DNA from: Octopus vulgaris
Lineage: Eukaryota
DNA length: 64,000 nucleotides
Assembly: GCA_951406725.2 (NCBI GenBank)
Contig: OX597824.1
Location: 48,980,001 to 49,044,000 of the forward strand
Reading direction: 5' to 3'
Positions 52,620-64,000 of this stretch are shown in pieces. The notes under the pieces were generated by a model. It was not told the DNA's origin, made no database searches, and worked only from the letters and a program-made list of their open reading frames with translations. Every line of letters begins with the position of its first letter. Within the stretch, counting starts at the first letter, position 1. The translations under genes were made by a program, and so were the position numbers.

Positions 52620-52980
52620 TCATTTCTTGAACCCCTAGTATTACTCATTGGTTGTACAGTTCCTCATGCTGAGAGATTAGGTCCTTCTCTGATGGAATAT
52701 CAAATCCATGCATCATTGACCATGTCCTACGCTATAGATCAACAGTCACCTTGGGTATTCTTCCCTACCTTCACATTCCAGTCACCCTGTATGATTGATA
52801 AGTATATCCTGTCTATCTTAGTGATGACATCATGAAGCTCTTTACAGAAGTCTTCATCATCAAGATCTGTTGCTGGGGCAGAGTATTGTGCCAGTGTAAC
52901 ATTGAAGGGCTTTGCCTGCAGGCAAATAGACATGAGCCTACTTCACACTAGCTGGTATCTTAGTACAGTCTTCATAGATC
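52620..52980 (-). mobile_element. RTE (BovB-like) AP-endonuclease fragment
   Basis: MSICLQAKPFNVTLAQYSAP...IIQGDWNVKVGK. Confidence 0.8.
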
Positions 52981-52984
52981 TTTA

Positions 52985-54120
52985 AAAGAATTTGATAGAA
53001 TCCAACATGGTGCCCTATGCACCACAATGAAAAAGTTCATCATGGGGCAGAATTTCACTTGTAAAATTGAACAACAATAAAGCAACCAATGTAGTACACA
53101 TACAAGACAATGTTGGAGAATGGTTCCATGCCATTGGAGGAGTCTATCAGGGCTGCTTCCTTTTGCCCACTATCTTTAACATCTTTCTGGAATTGATTAT
53201 GATCAATATTTTGGAAAACTATGTGGGTGTAGTCAGTATCAGAATGGGGAGACATCAAAAATTTTTAATTTGTTGATGATATTGTTGGATTAGTTGGAAG
53301 ATGAATTAGTCTAGAACTTTGATACAGCTTCCACCAAATTTAGAATAGAAGTCAGTGCTAGAAAAAATAAACCAAATCTATGGCATTGTACTAGGACAGA
53401 AACTAGTTAGTGTAGCAGTTCAACTACCTGGGAGTAAAAGATCAAGGCCTGAAATCCTTGCAAGAGCCGCATAGACAATGACTACATTCACCAACTCAAA
53501 ATATGGAAAGATAAGAACATCACTGAATAGACTTTCCCTGCATGCATTGATACTGACCATTTTCCTGTACACATGGGAGACATGGACTCTCACAGCAGAG
53601 ATTCAGAGGAAGATACAGACAATGGAAATGAGATGCTACTGCAACATCTTAGTCATCATATACTTGGACCACAAATTATTGGATTCAAGAAATCATCTAG
53701 CATCACAGAGCCTCTCATAAGGACCTTCTAAAAACAGTGAAGAAAAGAAAATTGAGATGGTATAGCGTTTTACAAGATTCAGTGGTCTTGCAAAAACCAT
53801 TCTTTAACTCTGTAGCAATTAGGTTACACTGTTAAATGTATTCCTTATTTACTCACATTGTTTTTAGTTAATCATACATTATCTTGTGACTTTGAGATTT
53901 TGATGATCTAATTGTTGATTTTTAGAATGGTATTGTATAATAGGTGTGAGAGGCTGGATATGGCTAGTTTGTACATAAAATGAGTTGAATTTTTGGCCAG
54001 ATATGGCTGGTTTAAATGCTAAAGAATTAAGGAACCATGGTAGGGAAAAGAGAAGGAGAGGCAGACAGAGGAAAAGACATAGGCAATACCAAGAAAAGGA
54101 TAGACAAATCATTAGCAGGA
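52985..54120 (+). mobile_element. old RTE (BovB-like) RT and C-terminal fragment
   Basis: GVYQGCFLLPTIFNIFLE, FLYTWETWTLT...MEMRCY, AKTIL|GT..RRRGRQRKR. Confidence 0.8.
53808..54026 (+). mobile_element. piggyBac-like MITE, copy 3, inserted in the RTE
   Basis: TTAA at 53804-07 and 54027-30; splits KTIL/GT. Confidence 0.75.
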
Positions 54121-55331
54121 ACCCATACTCTCACACACAACTGTAGCAGATGGAAAAAAATTGGTGTACAGTATGTCACAATGGTGCCCCTATAACTCCA
54201 TTAGAAAGTGAACATCCATAACATGACTTATCTCCACATTGCTAATCTCTCTCTCTCCTGTAATATTTTATAGTTTCACAGTACTACTGTCTGATTTTAT
54301 CTTTTATCTTTTGCTTGTTTCAGTCATTAGACTGCAGCCATGTTGGGACACTGCCTTCAAGAACTATTAGTCAAATGAACTGATTCCTGTACATTTTTTT
54401 TAAGCCTGGTACATATTCTCTGTGTCTTTTGCTGAACCACCAATTTACAGTGACATAAACACACCAACACTGTTTTTCAAGCAGTGGTGGGGAACAAAGA
54501 GACACACACACACACACACACACAAACCTGGAACCATGTGGTTGGCAAGCAAGCTCCTTACCACAGCCATGCCTGTGTCTTCCTAAGTTTTTTGTTTAGT
54601 CTTTTACAGCTCCTTCTGTGTTCCCATTTTCATCATAAATCCTTACATCTTCCCAGTGCTACTGTTCTCCTAATCTGTTTGACAGTCCTTCTCCTTTTGT
54701 GAAACATCAGATCCATGCATTGTTGGCAAAGTCCTGATTTGAGATTCCATGATACAAGATGAAAGACTACTACCATTACAAGGAATGGAATCAGGACTTT
54801 GGCAGTGGTAATGATGCCGATTGTTGTTATGATTCCTCTTCTGATCTGAGAATCATCAGTGATAGTGGGGAATCAAACTTGCAGTGAAAGAGCCCTTAGC
54901 CCTTAGAAAAATATTTGGTGTACTAAGGGTATTAAGCTTTTGTATTTACAGGGAGATAAAGATATTAGTGTTATAGGGAAATACAAAACTATTAATATGA
55001 ATTGTGAAACTATTATCATATAAAAACTCATCTTCTAATGTATGTGTGTGTGTGAGAGAGAGAGAGATCTGGTGAGAAGTTAGTATTTTGTTGTTGAGAA
55101 GACAAGCTAGATGACAACATAAGTGGAAGAGACCCTTAAAAGTTTCTCTCTTAAAGTGACTTTTTATGCATGCTATATTGAACATGCATTTTACATTTTA
55201 TTTGATATATAAATGGTCATTGCCCAACGCTTTATTGCTAAATGTTTGTGAGATGTTTATAGCATAACAGTCCTACCTTTCCCATTACTGTGCTACTATT
55301 GAACCATTTCCATCATAATCTGTGATATTCT

Positions 55332-55362
<31 letters not shown>

Positions 55363-55894
55363 TATATATACTGCTAATGCACTCCTGTATTTGTCTATAT
55401 AATCTGACAGCAACATAACACTGTGGTGTTTACTATGAGAAATATAGGAAGACATAAGAGATTACATTGACAAAGGTTTCTGAAGGACATTACCATTGTG
55501 GTTATTAACAAATTACTGCAAAAAAGGTGAAATATTGTCAGTGTGGAGATATAGCAGATCGTAATAATGAAGGTAGGATAATATAACTGAGAAGATATAA
55601 CAAAGAATCAGTTACATCTCCACAGTGATACTATTCTCCTAATTTTGTCACTGTAACTCTTTGGGGCTACAGCTCCTCTACCCTCCCCATTGTAATCTGT
55701 TCTATTTCCATGGTGTCACTGTACACTAAGCTTTCACAATGTAATCTGTCATATCTCCACAGTACCACTCTTCCTTTACTTTTCTCATTTTAATGTCTTC
55801 TATCTCCTCCCCCCCCCCCGAGCTTCTATCTTACGCACCTCTTCTATGATTTATTACATTCCCTATCCTTCCTTTCTCCTTGTAAGCTGGGGCT

Positions 55895-57060
55895 GTGTAA
55901 TTCCACCCCACGTCTTTCTGCTGGGTATTTGGATTAATGCCATCACCAGCATTGAGGTACTGGACACAGCGTTCAAGCCTTGGATTAAGGAGGTGACCCA
56001 AGAAAAGCTACCCTATTATAAATCTCTTTTGTTCATTGAAAACTGAACTATTGCTATCCAGACTAAGTATGTTATTGTGAAAGACAAATCATGTGAACTG
56101 ATAAGTGGGCCTTTTACAGTGTGCAGTACATAACTGAAACTGAAATAAATTTATTGAAACAAACATATACTGTACTAAAAAAAAAAGCAAAATGTTTTGA
56201 GAAAAATAGTATGCATGTTCCACTATATATTTTATAGAAACAGATTACAGCAGAAACTGGTCTCATTGCCTCAATAACATCATCCTCAGTACTATCACAA
56301 AATAGCCATGTGGAGGTGGTTTTCATTCATGTTGCTCATCACATCCTCTATAGCCAGCACAGAACTGATGTTTGTTGTCCCTCTCAATGATGTTTTAGAT
56401 GAAGATGTCCAGGGGCTTCAAGTCTTTAGAGCTAAGGAGAACACATGTTAGGGTTCACGTGGTCATGGAAATTGTTGACAAGCCACTCATGAGTTGTGAA
56501 GACCATGTAGGAGGAAGCAGAGTTTTACTGGAATATATATAGTTTTTCTTGGGCCACCTCCTTAATCCAGGGCTTGAACACTATCCAGCAGCTCAATGCT
56601 GGTGATGACATTGACCCAAATAGCCAACAGAAAAGTGACATGGAATGGCATTGTCCTTATTGTCCATGATCTCTAGAAACTTCAAAAATGTACCTCCATG
56701 GGCTCACATAACAATTTATTTCTCCTGTTGAGCTTCTTGGTCAAAGTTTCCATCAGAGAAGAATCCAGACATGATGGGTTCCTTTGGGTGCTTGAGCTAT
56801 CAATCAAACATTTTGAACAGAGCACACAGTTTTGTGTTTTACCAGACATGAATCTGCTCTCCTAATCTCATAAAACGTTACAAGATGTCTTCATACACTA
56901 CATGTATGATAGTGGGCTCCGCCACCTCCAATTGTTCAGCAAGACTCTCATTGATTTGGTGAGGTTGTCATTGAAGATGTTCTCAACCTACTGGACAAAC
57001 CCAGTCATCCTGATGTCTGATCACTGACAATGTTTCTTTTCTGTCGTCACAGAGGCCAAG
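55895..57060 (-). mobile_element. decayed maT/DD37D-like transposase with an inverted partial duplicate
   Basis: Minus strand: KPWIKEVAQEKLYIFQ*NSASS...WLVNNFHDHVNPNM...DLKPLD. The plus strand at 55895-56090 repeats ..KPWIKEVTQEKLPY. Confidence 0.7.
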
Positions 57061-57829
57061 GATTTTAGATAAAAACATGCAAACTTTATACTGGAATTTT
57101 GTTAACTTGATATATTATAACATTACATGTCTTATAGATAAACTAAAGTGTGTGTTGTGTGAGAGCTCTTCTCAAAAAGTATGCCTAAAACTTTGTCTTC
57201 AGGCCTAATTAATTCTGAGGTAAAACTTAATAGATTTCAGCAATGTGCCTCTAACACTGTAAATACTACAATCAATGACTATCATAACACATAACTTGAA
57301 ATAATTATATTACATTATAGTTTATTTATTTATTTTCATCATTAGTTTTGCCATCTAAACTAATTAGGCTCCTAATAAATGTGTTAGTAATTTCCATTGA
57401 CCTTAATAACCAAACTTAGCATTGTGAAATTAAATAAAGAGTTCCTCGTTAACATAAATTGGCTCAAATTCAACAATCTTCATTTGCTGCCTTGTCATTT
57501 TTGCTCCCTTTTCCTGGGTTTCTTAAGCCTTTATCAATTACTTTACTTTTTTGTGGTTTCTTACTCTTAGTAACACATCTTAATGTCACTTTAATAGCTT
57601 ATTTCAACTCAGAGAATTAACTGAAAACATTATCTCACCAGAAGCTTTGAGTTAATCAATGTTAAAATATGAGATATTCTGAGAAAAATGAACGGGTTTA
57701 TAATATTGAAAATAAACTTTAATTTTTTCAAGGATAAGATTTCTAGGTTAAAATACAATGGTACAATGGAAATTAAATTTTATTGACATTTTATTTTTGT
57801 CAATTTTGTTTTATTATTTCATTCTGCAG

Positions 57830-57956
57830 ACTTTGATGGTGTCTTATATGATTATGTCAATGGTCAGGAAAACCTGAAAAGCAAAGTGGTGAAATTTGTT
57901 GATAATCCAGAAGATAGAATCCAGGAGGATTACCTCAGAATCCTTCGCTACTTCCG
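57830..57956 (+). CDS. TRNT1: TRNT1-like coding exon (motifs C and D)
   Basis: ttcattctgcag|AC...TTCCG|gtaagg encodes (D)[42 protein letters not shown], with the EDxxR nucleotide template intact. No later exons were found before the window end. Confidence 0.93.
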
Positions 57957-58620
57957 GTAAGGAATGCTTTTCTTTCTAACACATACACGTATATCTATAT
58001 ACCTGTATACATTCACACACGCACGCACACACACACAATGTGCACAGATCAGCCTTCAAAGAGCTGAGTTATCTCAAATAGTTCTGGATTGTCTCCCTTG
58101 TTTAAGTTGGCAATGTCAAAATTTTGGCTTACTTCAGAATAAAGTTAGAATGTAAAATACATGAAATACCTGAACCATCACTATAGTACGATTTAATAGA
58201 GGTGTGTGTGTGGGTGGGGTGATGCTATAGTTACACTCTATCACTACTCTGTGATCATCATCATTATGTATAAATAATGATGTATTACCACTAATTTAAG
58301 GACATAAACGATAATTTCACTCAAATGGAAACTTAAATTTTAATAATTATAAAAATCTAAAATCGATCATGGTATATGTATGAAGGTAATTTGAAAAATC
58401 TATGGTGTAGATTTTTTATGTTTTTCCACCATTATTATTGGTTTAACTGTTACAAACATATAATCAAGATAACAGTGTTAGAATTTTTAGGAAAACAATA
58501 GATGAAAGGGATTTAGAAGATCCTTTTAGCAAACATTCCCCGGTAGAGAAGCCAGAACATCTGGGCTTCTCAAAAATTAAGGTGAGTGACCTCTTTTCTT
58601 TTTTTCTTTCTCCAACTAGC

Positions 58621-59715
58621 ATGACTGTGCTTAGGGTGGGATGTGTGAATGTGTGTGGCCTGGGCCCAGCTTGGAAGCAAAGACACTTGCTCAACAATCT
58701 CTGAACACTTGATTTAGGTATGACCAACATTAGCAAAAGGCAAGAATTTTCAGGAAGCATGCACTAGCATCAATTTTCAAAGGCTACAAGATATTCTCAT
58801 CTTATAGTCTGTAAAGGCCAGGTGACAGTGTAGCAATGCTATTCCAGAAATCCTTAGATCTCAAGGTACAGGCAGTCTTCTTGGACCCAGACAGTACGGT
58901 AATGGTCCTGGATATGAATGGCAGCAAAGGTGACACCTTTAGACTGCTGACTGTTTATGCCCCAACAAGGGCTGGAAGGCCAGATTTCTTCAAGAGTCTA
59001 GAAACATTCCTTGGAATGTTTCACACTTTAGTATTAGTGAGGAACTGGAATAATATTTTGGTTGAACAGAGGGACTGTGTGAGGTTAGTACATAGCAGAA
59101 GGGGATGCAAAAGCCTTGGAAAGCTGCTCAGAAACTTTCAGCTGTCTCACAAGTATCAATTGTATTTCCCTGTTGTGCCAGTGTGGACATGGAGCAACAA
59201 CAGTGGGTCATCCAGATCATATCTAGAGTATTTGTTAAATCAGCAGATAGGGATACTGTAGGGTGTTCATAATCCAAATTGGTCAGCTACACAGAACCAC
59301 AAATTTGTGATTTACACAGTCAGTTTAGATAAAACCCATATATAGGGACCGGGTTACTGGAAGCTGAACTTGTCTTTACCAACAAGACTACAGGGACCAA
59401 ATTAGTGAACTTGTTAAGCGGTAGTTGATGGGGCAATTGCCAACAACCGGCAGGGGATTGCCCTGAAGAGAGTGATGAAAGTAGAATCAATATTAACAAA
59501 GAGTTAACAATAAAAAGAAATAGATTAGAGGAAGACCTAATCATCAAACAATAAGAGGTGATTAGTACAGGCATCGCAACTGACATACTTGTGGTGAGAA
59601 TGGCACTCAAACATTTCTTCAATGTGAAACAGGAAGGCTACATTGTCAGAGCTAATGCTCATTGGCTCAAAGATAAAGGAACTGAAGCTGTCTGATTGGT
59701 CCAAACAGTGGAAGT
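58621..59715 (+). mobile_element. Tx1/L1-like ORF2 endonuclease fragment
   Basis: RVGCVNVCGL, FRLLTVYAP...PDFF, WTWSN..SRSYL, GPGYWKLN; stops and frameshifts. Confidence 0.8.
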
Positions 59716-59923
59716 ATACTCTACAAAGTAGTTGGTGTTAGGAAGGGCATCCAGCCATAGAAACCATGCCAAAACAGACATGGTACCTTGGCAGGTCTTC
59801 AGCTGGCCAGCTCCTGTCAAGCCATCCAGCCTATGTCAACATAGAAAGCAGATGTTAAATGATGATGGTTATGATAATATATGTTTCATATTAAATATAT
59901 ATGCATGTGTGTGTGTATACGTA

Positions 59924-60144
59924 CAGTAATCTCTCACCATATCACGATTCACCTATCATGGTTTATTATTTACATTTATGTCGATTCCCCTGTTTTGTTT
60001 TGCATTTCTAATACCATAAATATATACGAATTATAAAAAAAATAACAAAAAAATTTACAGTACAGTACTGTTTCTACTTCACGGATTTTCACCTGTCACT
60101 GGGGGTTTTTGAATAAAATACCTGCGATAGTTAAGTGACTACTG
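59924..60144. mobile_element. Tigger-derived MITE
   Basis: TA|cagtaatctctcaccatatcacg...gcgatagttaagtgactactg|TA. Confidence 0.7.
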
Positions 60145-60334
60145 TATATATAAATTACTGACTCGAAAGGACATGGTCTTTTGTTATGCACCTATAATAT
60201 ACTTTATATAAATATATACATTGTATTAAATTATTTTATTCATACATAAATATACTTATATATTATTTATATATTTATATATATTATATGTAATATATAT
60301 ATAAGATAGAATAACAATGCACCAATATTTACTT

Positions 60335-62241
60335 GAAATAGCAGCAATTAGAGCAAGGTCATCTGCATAGAGGAGCTCCCAGGGGCACCCTGTCTTGAAT
60401 TCCTCTGTTATTGCCTGGAGGACTATAATGATTAAGAGGGGGCTGAGGACTGATCCTTGGTGATCCCCTACCCCTACCCAAAATTCTTCACTGTACTCAC
60501 CTTACTGACAGCATCCCTCTACACGGCTTGCACAGCTCTCACTAACCATTCATCTATCCCTAGTTTCCTCATTGACCATCAGATAAGGGAACGGAGGACA
60601 CTGTCAAAGGCTTTCTCCATGTCAACAAAAGCCAAGTACAGAAGTTTATCTTTGGCTAGGTATTTCTCTTGCAACTGTCTTATATAGCATCAATGGTGCT
60701 TTTCCCTGGCACAAACCCAAACTGCATCTCATCTAGACTGACTCTCTCCCTAATTAGTTGGTCTATGACCTTCTCCGTGACCGTCATTACCTGACCGAAC
60801 AGCTTGATACCTGTAATTATTTGTATCTAAAGCGTCACCTTTACCTTTGTAGCTGTTGACTATGGTGCTGCTACACCAATCATTGGGTATGACTCCTTCA
60901 TGTATCACCTGGTTAACTATATGGGTGACTAGGCTATAGCCGATACTGCCAGATATTTCGAGCATCTCTGCGGTGATTCCTGATGGGCTGGGGGCTTTCC
61001 CTGTTTTCATACCCTTAATTGCTTTATCTACCAAGGTACTGTCAATTCGGATAGTTGGTCCTTCTGTTGGGTCAGCACTCGGCAGACTCTTTCTCCCATT
61101 CTCCATTACTTTATTTAGCAACCTTTCATAGTGGTGTCTCCAAGCCTCTCTCATTGCAGCCTCGTTTAATGCAAGTGAACCATCATCCATGTGAATACAT
61201 TTCTCTCCTACGACATCACAATTCTCTCTCACACACTGCCTTGCAACATGAAATACCACAAATCTTTTGTCCTCATGGTGCAGAACATTGGCAGATTTTT
61301 TCTTATCTGCTTCCCCTCTGGCTAAATAAACCTGCCTCCTAGCTTCCCTTCTGGCAGTCTGATACAATTCCCTGCTACCACCATTCTTCCAATCCTTCCA
61401 AGCCTGTTTCTTTTCTCTAATGGCCCTGTCAGCATTGTTCCACCACCACGTTACCTTGGGTCAAGAGGGGACTTTGCACCATCCACAGATCTGGTCAGTG
61501 GCCCTCAGCATGTTGTCTTGTAGAAATTTCCAAGTTGTCTTCCATATAATGTGATGCTATATCCCCCTCTATTTCATCAACAGCTTTCAATAATATGTCT
61601 CTAAATTTCTGTCCATTTGCAGGATCTTTAAGCTTCCAGACCCTTCTCCTCCATGCTGGTCGTCTTTTGGGCATCCATTTAGCCTTGATCCTGAAGTCGC
61701 TAACTGCTATTCTATGTTGTGGGGTACATTCTTCGCCTGGGAAGGTTTTCCTGGCAAGGATGTAGTCAATTTGACTAGTGTGTCTACCAGATCGGTAGGT
61801 GACAAGATGACTGGCAGGTTTCCTGAAGTTAGTATTGCAAAACATAAGATCATTTGCATCACAGAACTCCAGCAGCCTGGTTCCCTCATTGTGGGAACCA
61901 AAACCATATCCTCCATGTACACCATGGAAGCCCCTTGCATGTTGTCCAACATGCCCATTGAAGTCAGCACCTACAAAGAGAAGGTCCGTGTCATTTATCA
62001 ACGAAGTAATCAGCAAGAGGGTGTCATAAAATCGGTCTTTCTGAGGGGCATAGGCCGAGATAATGGTTGCTAACCAATGATGTAGTACTTATCCAATCTG
62101 CAGTATTCTATCGCAGACTCTGACTACCTCGATAACCTTATCAACCCATTTCTCCCTAAGAAGTATACCCACTCCCCCGACCCCATCAGTGTTCCCTGCC
62201 CAGAAAATCTTGTACCTATGTTCTTTGTGTATGAGGAGCCT
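60335..62241 (-). mobile_element. RTE LINE: endonuclease, linker and RT up to YADD, 3' part missing
   Basis: YKIFWAG..GVGILL, GADFNGHVG, SQIDYIL, MKTGKAPSPSGI, VIPNDW, LLYADDLALIA. Confidence 0.9.
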
Positions 62242-62242
62242 A

Positions 62243-62638
62243 GTGGAGTGGCTGTGTGGTAAGTAGCTTGCTTACCAACCACATGGTTCCGGGTTCAGTC
62301 CCACTGCGTGGCATCTTGGGCAAGTGTCTTCTACTATAGCCCCGGGCCGACCAATGCCTTGTGAGTGGATTTGGTAAACGGAAACTGAAAGAAGCCTGTC
62401 GTATATATATATATATATATGTGTGTGTGTATATATGTTTGTGTGTCTGTGTTTGTCCCCCTAGCATTGCTTGACAACCGATGTTGGTGTGTTTACGTCC
62501 CCGTCACTTAGCGGTTTGGCAAAAGAGACTGATAGAATAAGTACTGGGCTTACAAAGAATAAGTCCCGGGGTCGATTTGCTCGACTAAAGGCGGTGCTCC
62601 AGCATGGCCGCAGTCAAATGACTGAAACAAGTAAAAGA
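62243..62638 (+). mobile_element. young CORE-type SINE
   Basis: Intact A and B boxes, cttgggcaagtgtctt and retained CpGs. Confidence 0.85.
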
Positions 62639-62675
62639 CTATATACACGTAATTATACATATATATAATTATACG

Positions 62676-62701
<26 letters not shown>

Positions 62702-62706
<5 letters not shown>

Positions 62707-64000
62707 TCATCATTGTTTAACGTCCGCTTTCCATGCTAGCATGGGTTGGACGATTTGACTGTGGACTGGCAAACTAGATGGCTGCACCAGGCTCCAATCT
62801 GATCTGACAGAGTTTCTACAGCTGGATGCCCTTCCTAACGCCAACCACTCTAAGAGTGTAGTGAGTGCTTTTATGTGCCACCAGCAATAGGGCCAGTCAG
62901 GCGGTACTGGCAATGGCCACACTCAAATGGTGTTTTTTTACATGCCACCAGCATGGAAGCAAGTAAGCTGCTCTGGCAATGATCACGCTCGGATGGTGCT
63001 CTTAGTACTCCACTAGCACGGATGCCAGTCATCGAATTTGATTTCGATTTCACTTGCCTCAACAGGTCTTCGCAAGCAGAGTTTAGTGTTCAATGAAGGC
63101 AAGGTATGCATAAGTGGGCTGGTTACACGCCTGGCATAGGCCACGAGGTTATGGTCTCACTTGGCTTGCCGGGTCTTCTCAAGCACAGCATATTTCCAAA
63201 GGTCTCAGTCACTGGTCATTGCCTAGATGAGGCCTAATGTTCAAAGGTCATGCTTCACCACTTCATCCCAGGTCTTCCTGGGTCTACCTCTACCACAGGT
63301 TCCCTCAACCGCCAGGGTGTGGCACTTTTTCACACAACTATCTTCATCCATTCTCGCTACATGACCATACCAGCGCAAACATCTCTCTTGCACACCACAA
63401 CTGATGCTTCTTAGGTCCAACTTTTCTCTCATGGTACTTACACCCTGTCGAGTATGCACACAGACGTTACACATCCATCGGAGCATATTGGCTTCATTCC
63501 TTGTGAGCTTACACATGTCCTCAGCAGTCATGGCCCATGTTTCACTGCCATGTAGCATGGCTCTTCATACACATGCGTCATACAGTCTACCTTTTACTCT
63601 GAGCGAGAGACCCTTTGTTACCACCAGAGGTAAGAGCTCTCTGAACTTTGCCCAGGCTATTCTTATTCTAGCAGCTACACTTTTAGCGCACCCACCCCTG
63701 CTACTGACTTGGTCACCTAGGTAACAGAAGCTATCAACTACTTGTACTTTTTCTCCCTGAATGTCGCAGAAGTTGTTCTCTGCACATTTTCAGTGTTTAT
63801 TGCTCCTGAGCATCTGCCACATACAAAAACTATCTTCCCAGTTAGCATTCCTTTCATATTGCTGCACCTCTTATGTTTCCGTAGCTTATACTGGGTACAT
63901 CTTACAGAGTTTCTACCTATGCTTTTTCTATAGATCAAGCAGGACAATCTACCTGAATGGATTTGTGGTTTGCCTGCCTTCCTACTTATTAGGAATTTGG
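62702..64000 (-). mobile_element. RTE LINE 3' half (PHD-like finger, thumb, 3' UTR, (GAT)n tail); continues beyond the window
   Basis: RNSVRCTQY..HKRC...CGRC, MLHGSETW, RGRPRKTWDEVVKHDL; tail at 62702-62712. Confidence 0.9.

Noticed and set aside
54727-54801. 13-bp inverted repeat caaagtcctgatt/aatcaggactttg
   Set aside because: Isolated, with no TSD or second copy seen; likely a local template-switch scar.
62243-62320. tRNA genes at A/B-box motifs
   Set aside because: These are SINE heads that continue into SINE bodies; no complete cloverleaf.

Overview
AT-rich, microsatellite- and transposon-dense animal genomic DNA. The SINE, RTE and Penelope repertoire points to an octopus-type coleoid cephalopod (inference, not checked). 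The only supportable host gene is a spliced + strand class II tRNA nucleotidyltransferase (CCA-adding/TRNT1-like), with exons at 34857-35205, 46296-46425 and 57830-57956; it continues beyond the window. It keeps the catalytic and templating motifs, but its flexible loop is rewritten and six conserved positions carry G-to-A changes that A-to-I editing could restore. The rest is nested mobile DNA: R4/Dong-like, RTE, Tx1 and Penelope retroelement pieces; Tc1, mariner, maT, Tigger and Helitron relics; piggyBac and Tigger MITEs; a MITE with an 8-bp TSD carrying telomeric repeats; and three SINE types. Two hammerhead-ribozyme candidates lie near 2.2-2.7 kb, and CpG depletion begins near 21.4 kb. Comparisons with reference proteins and families are from memory; no searches were run.
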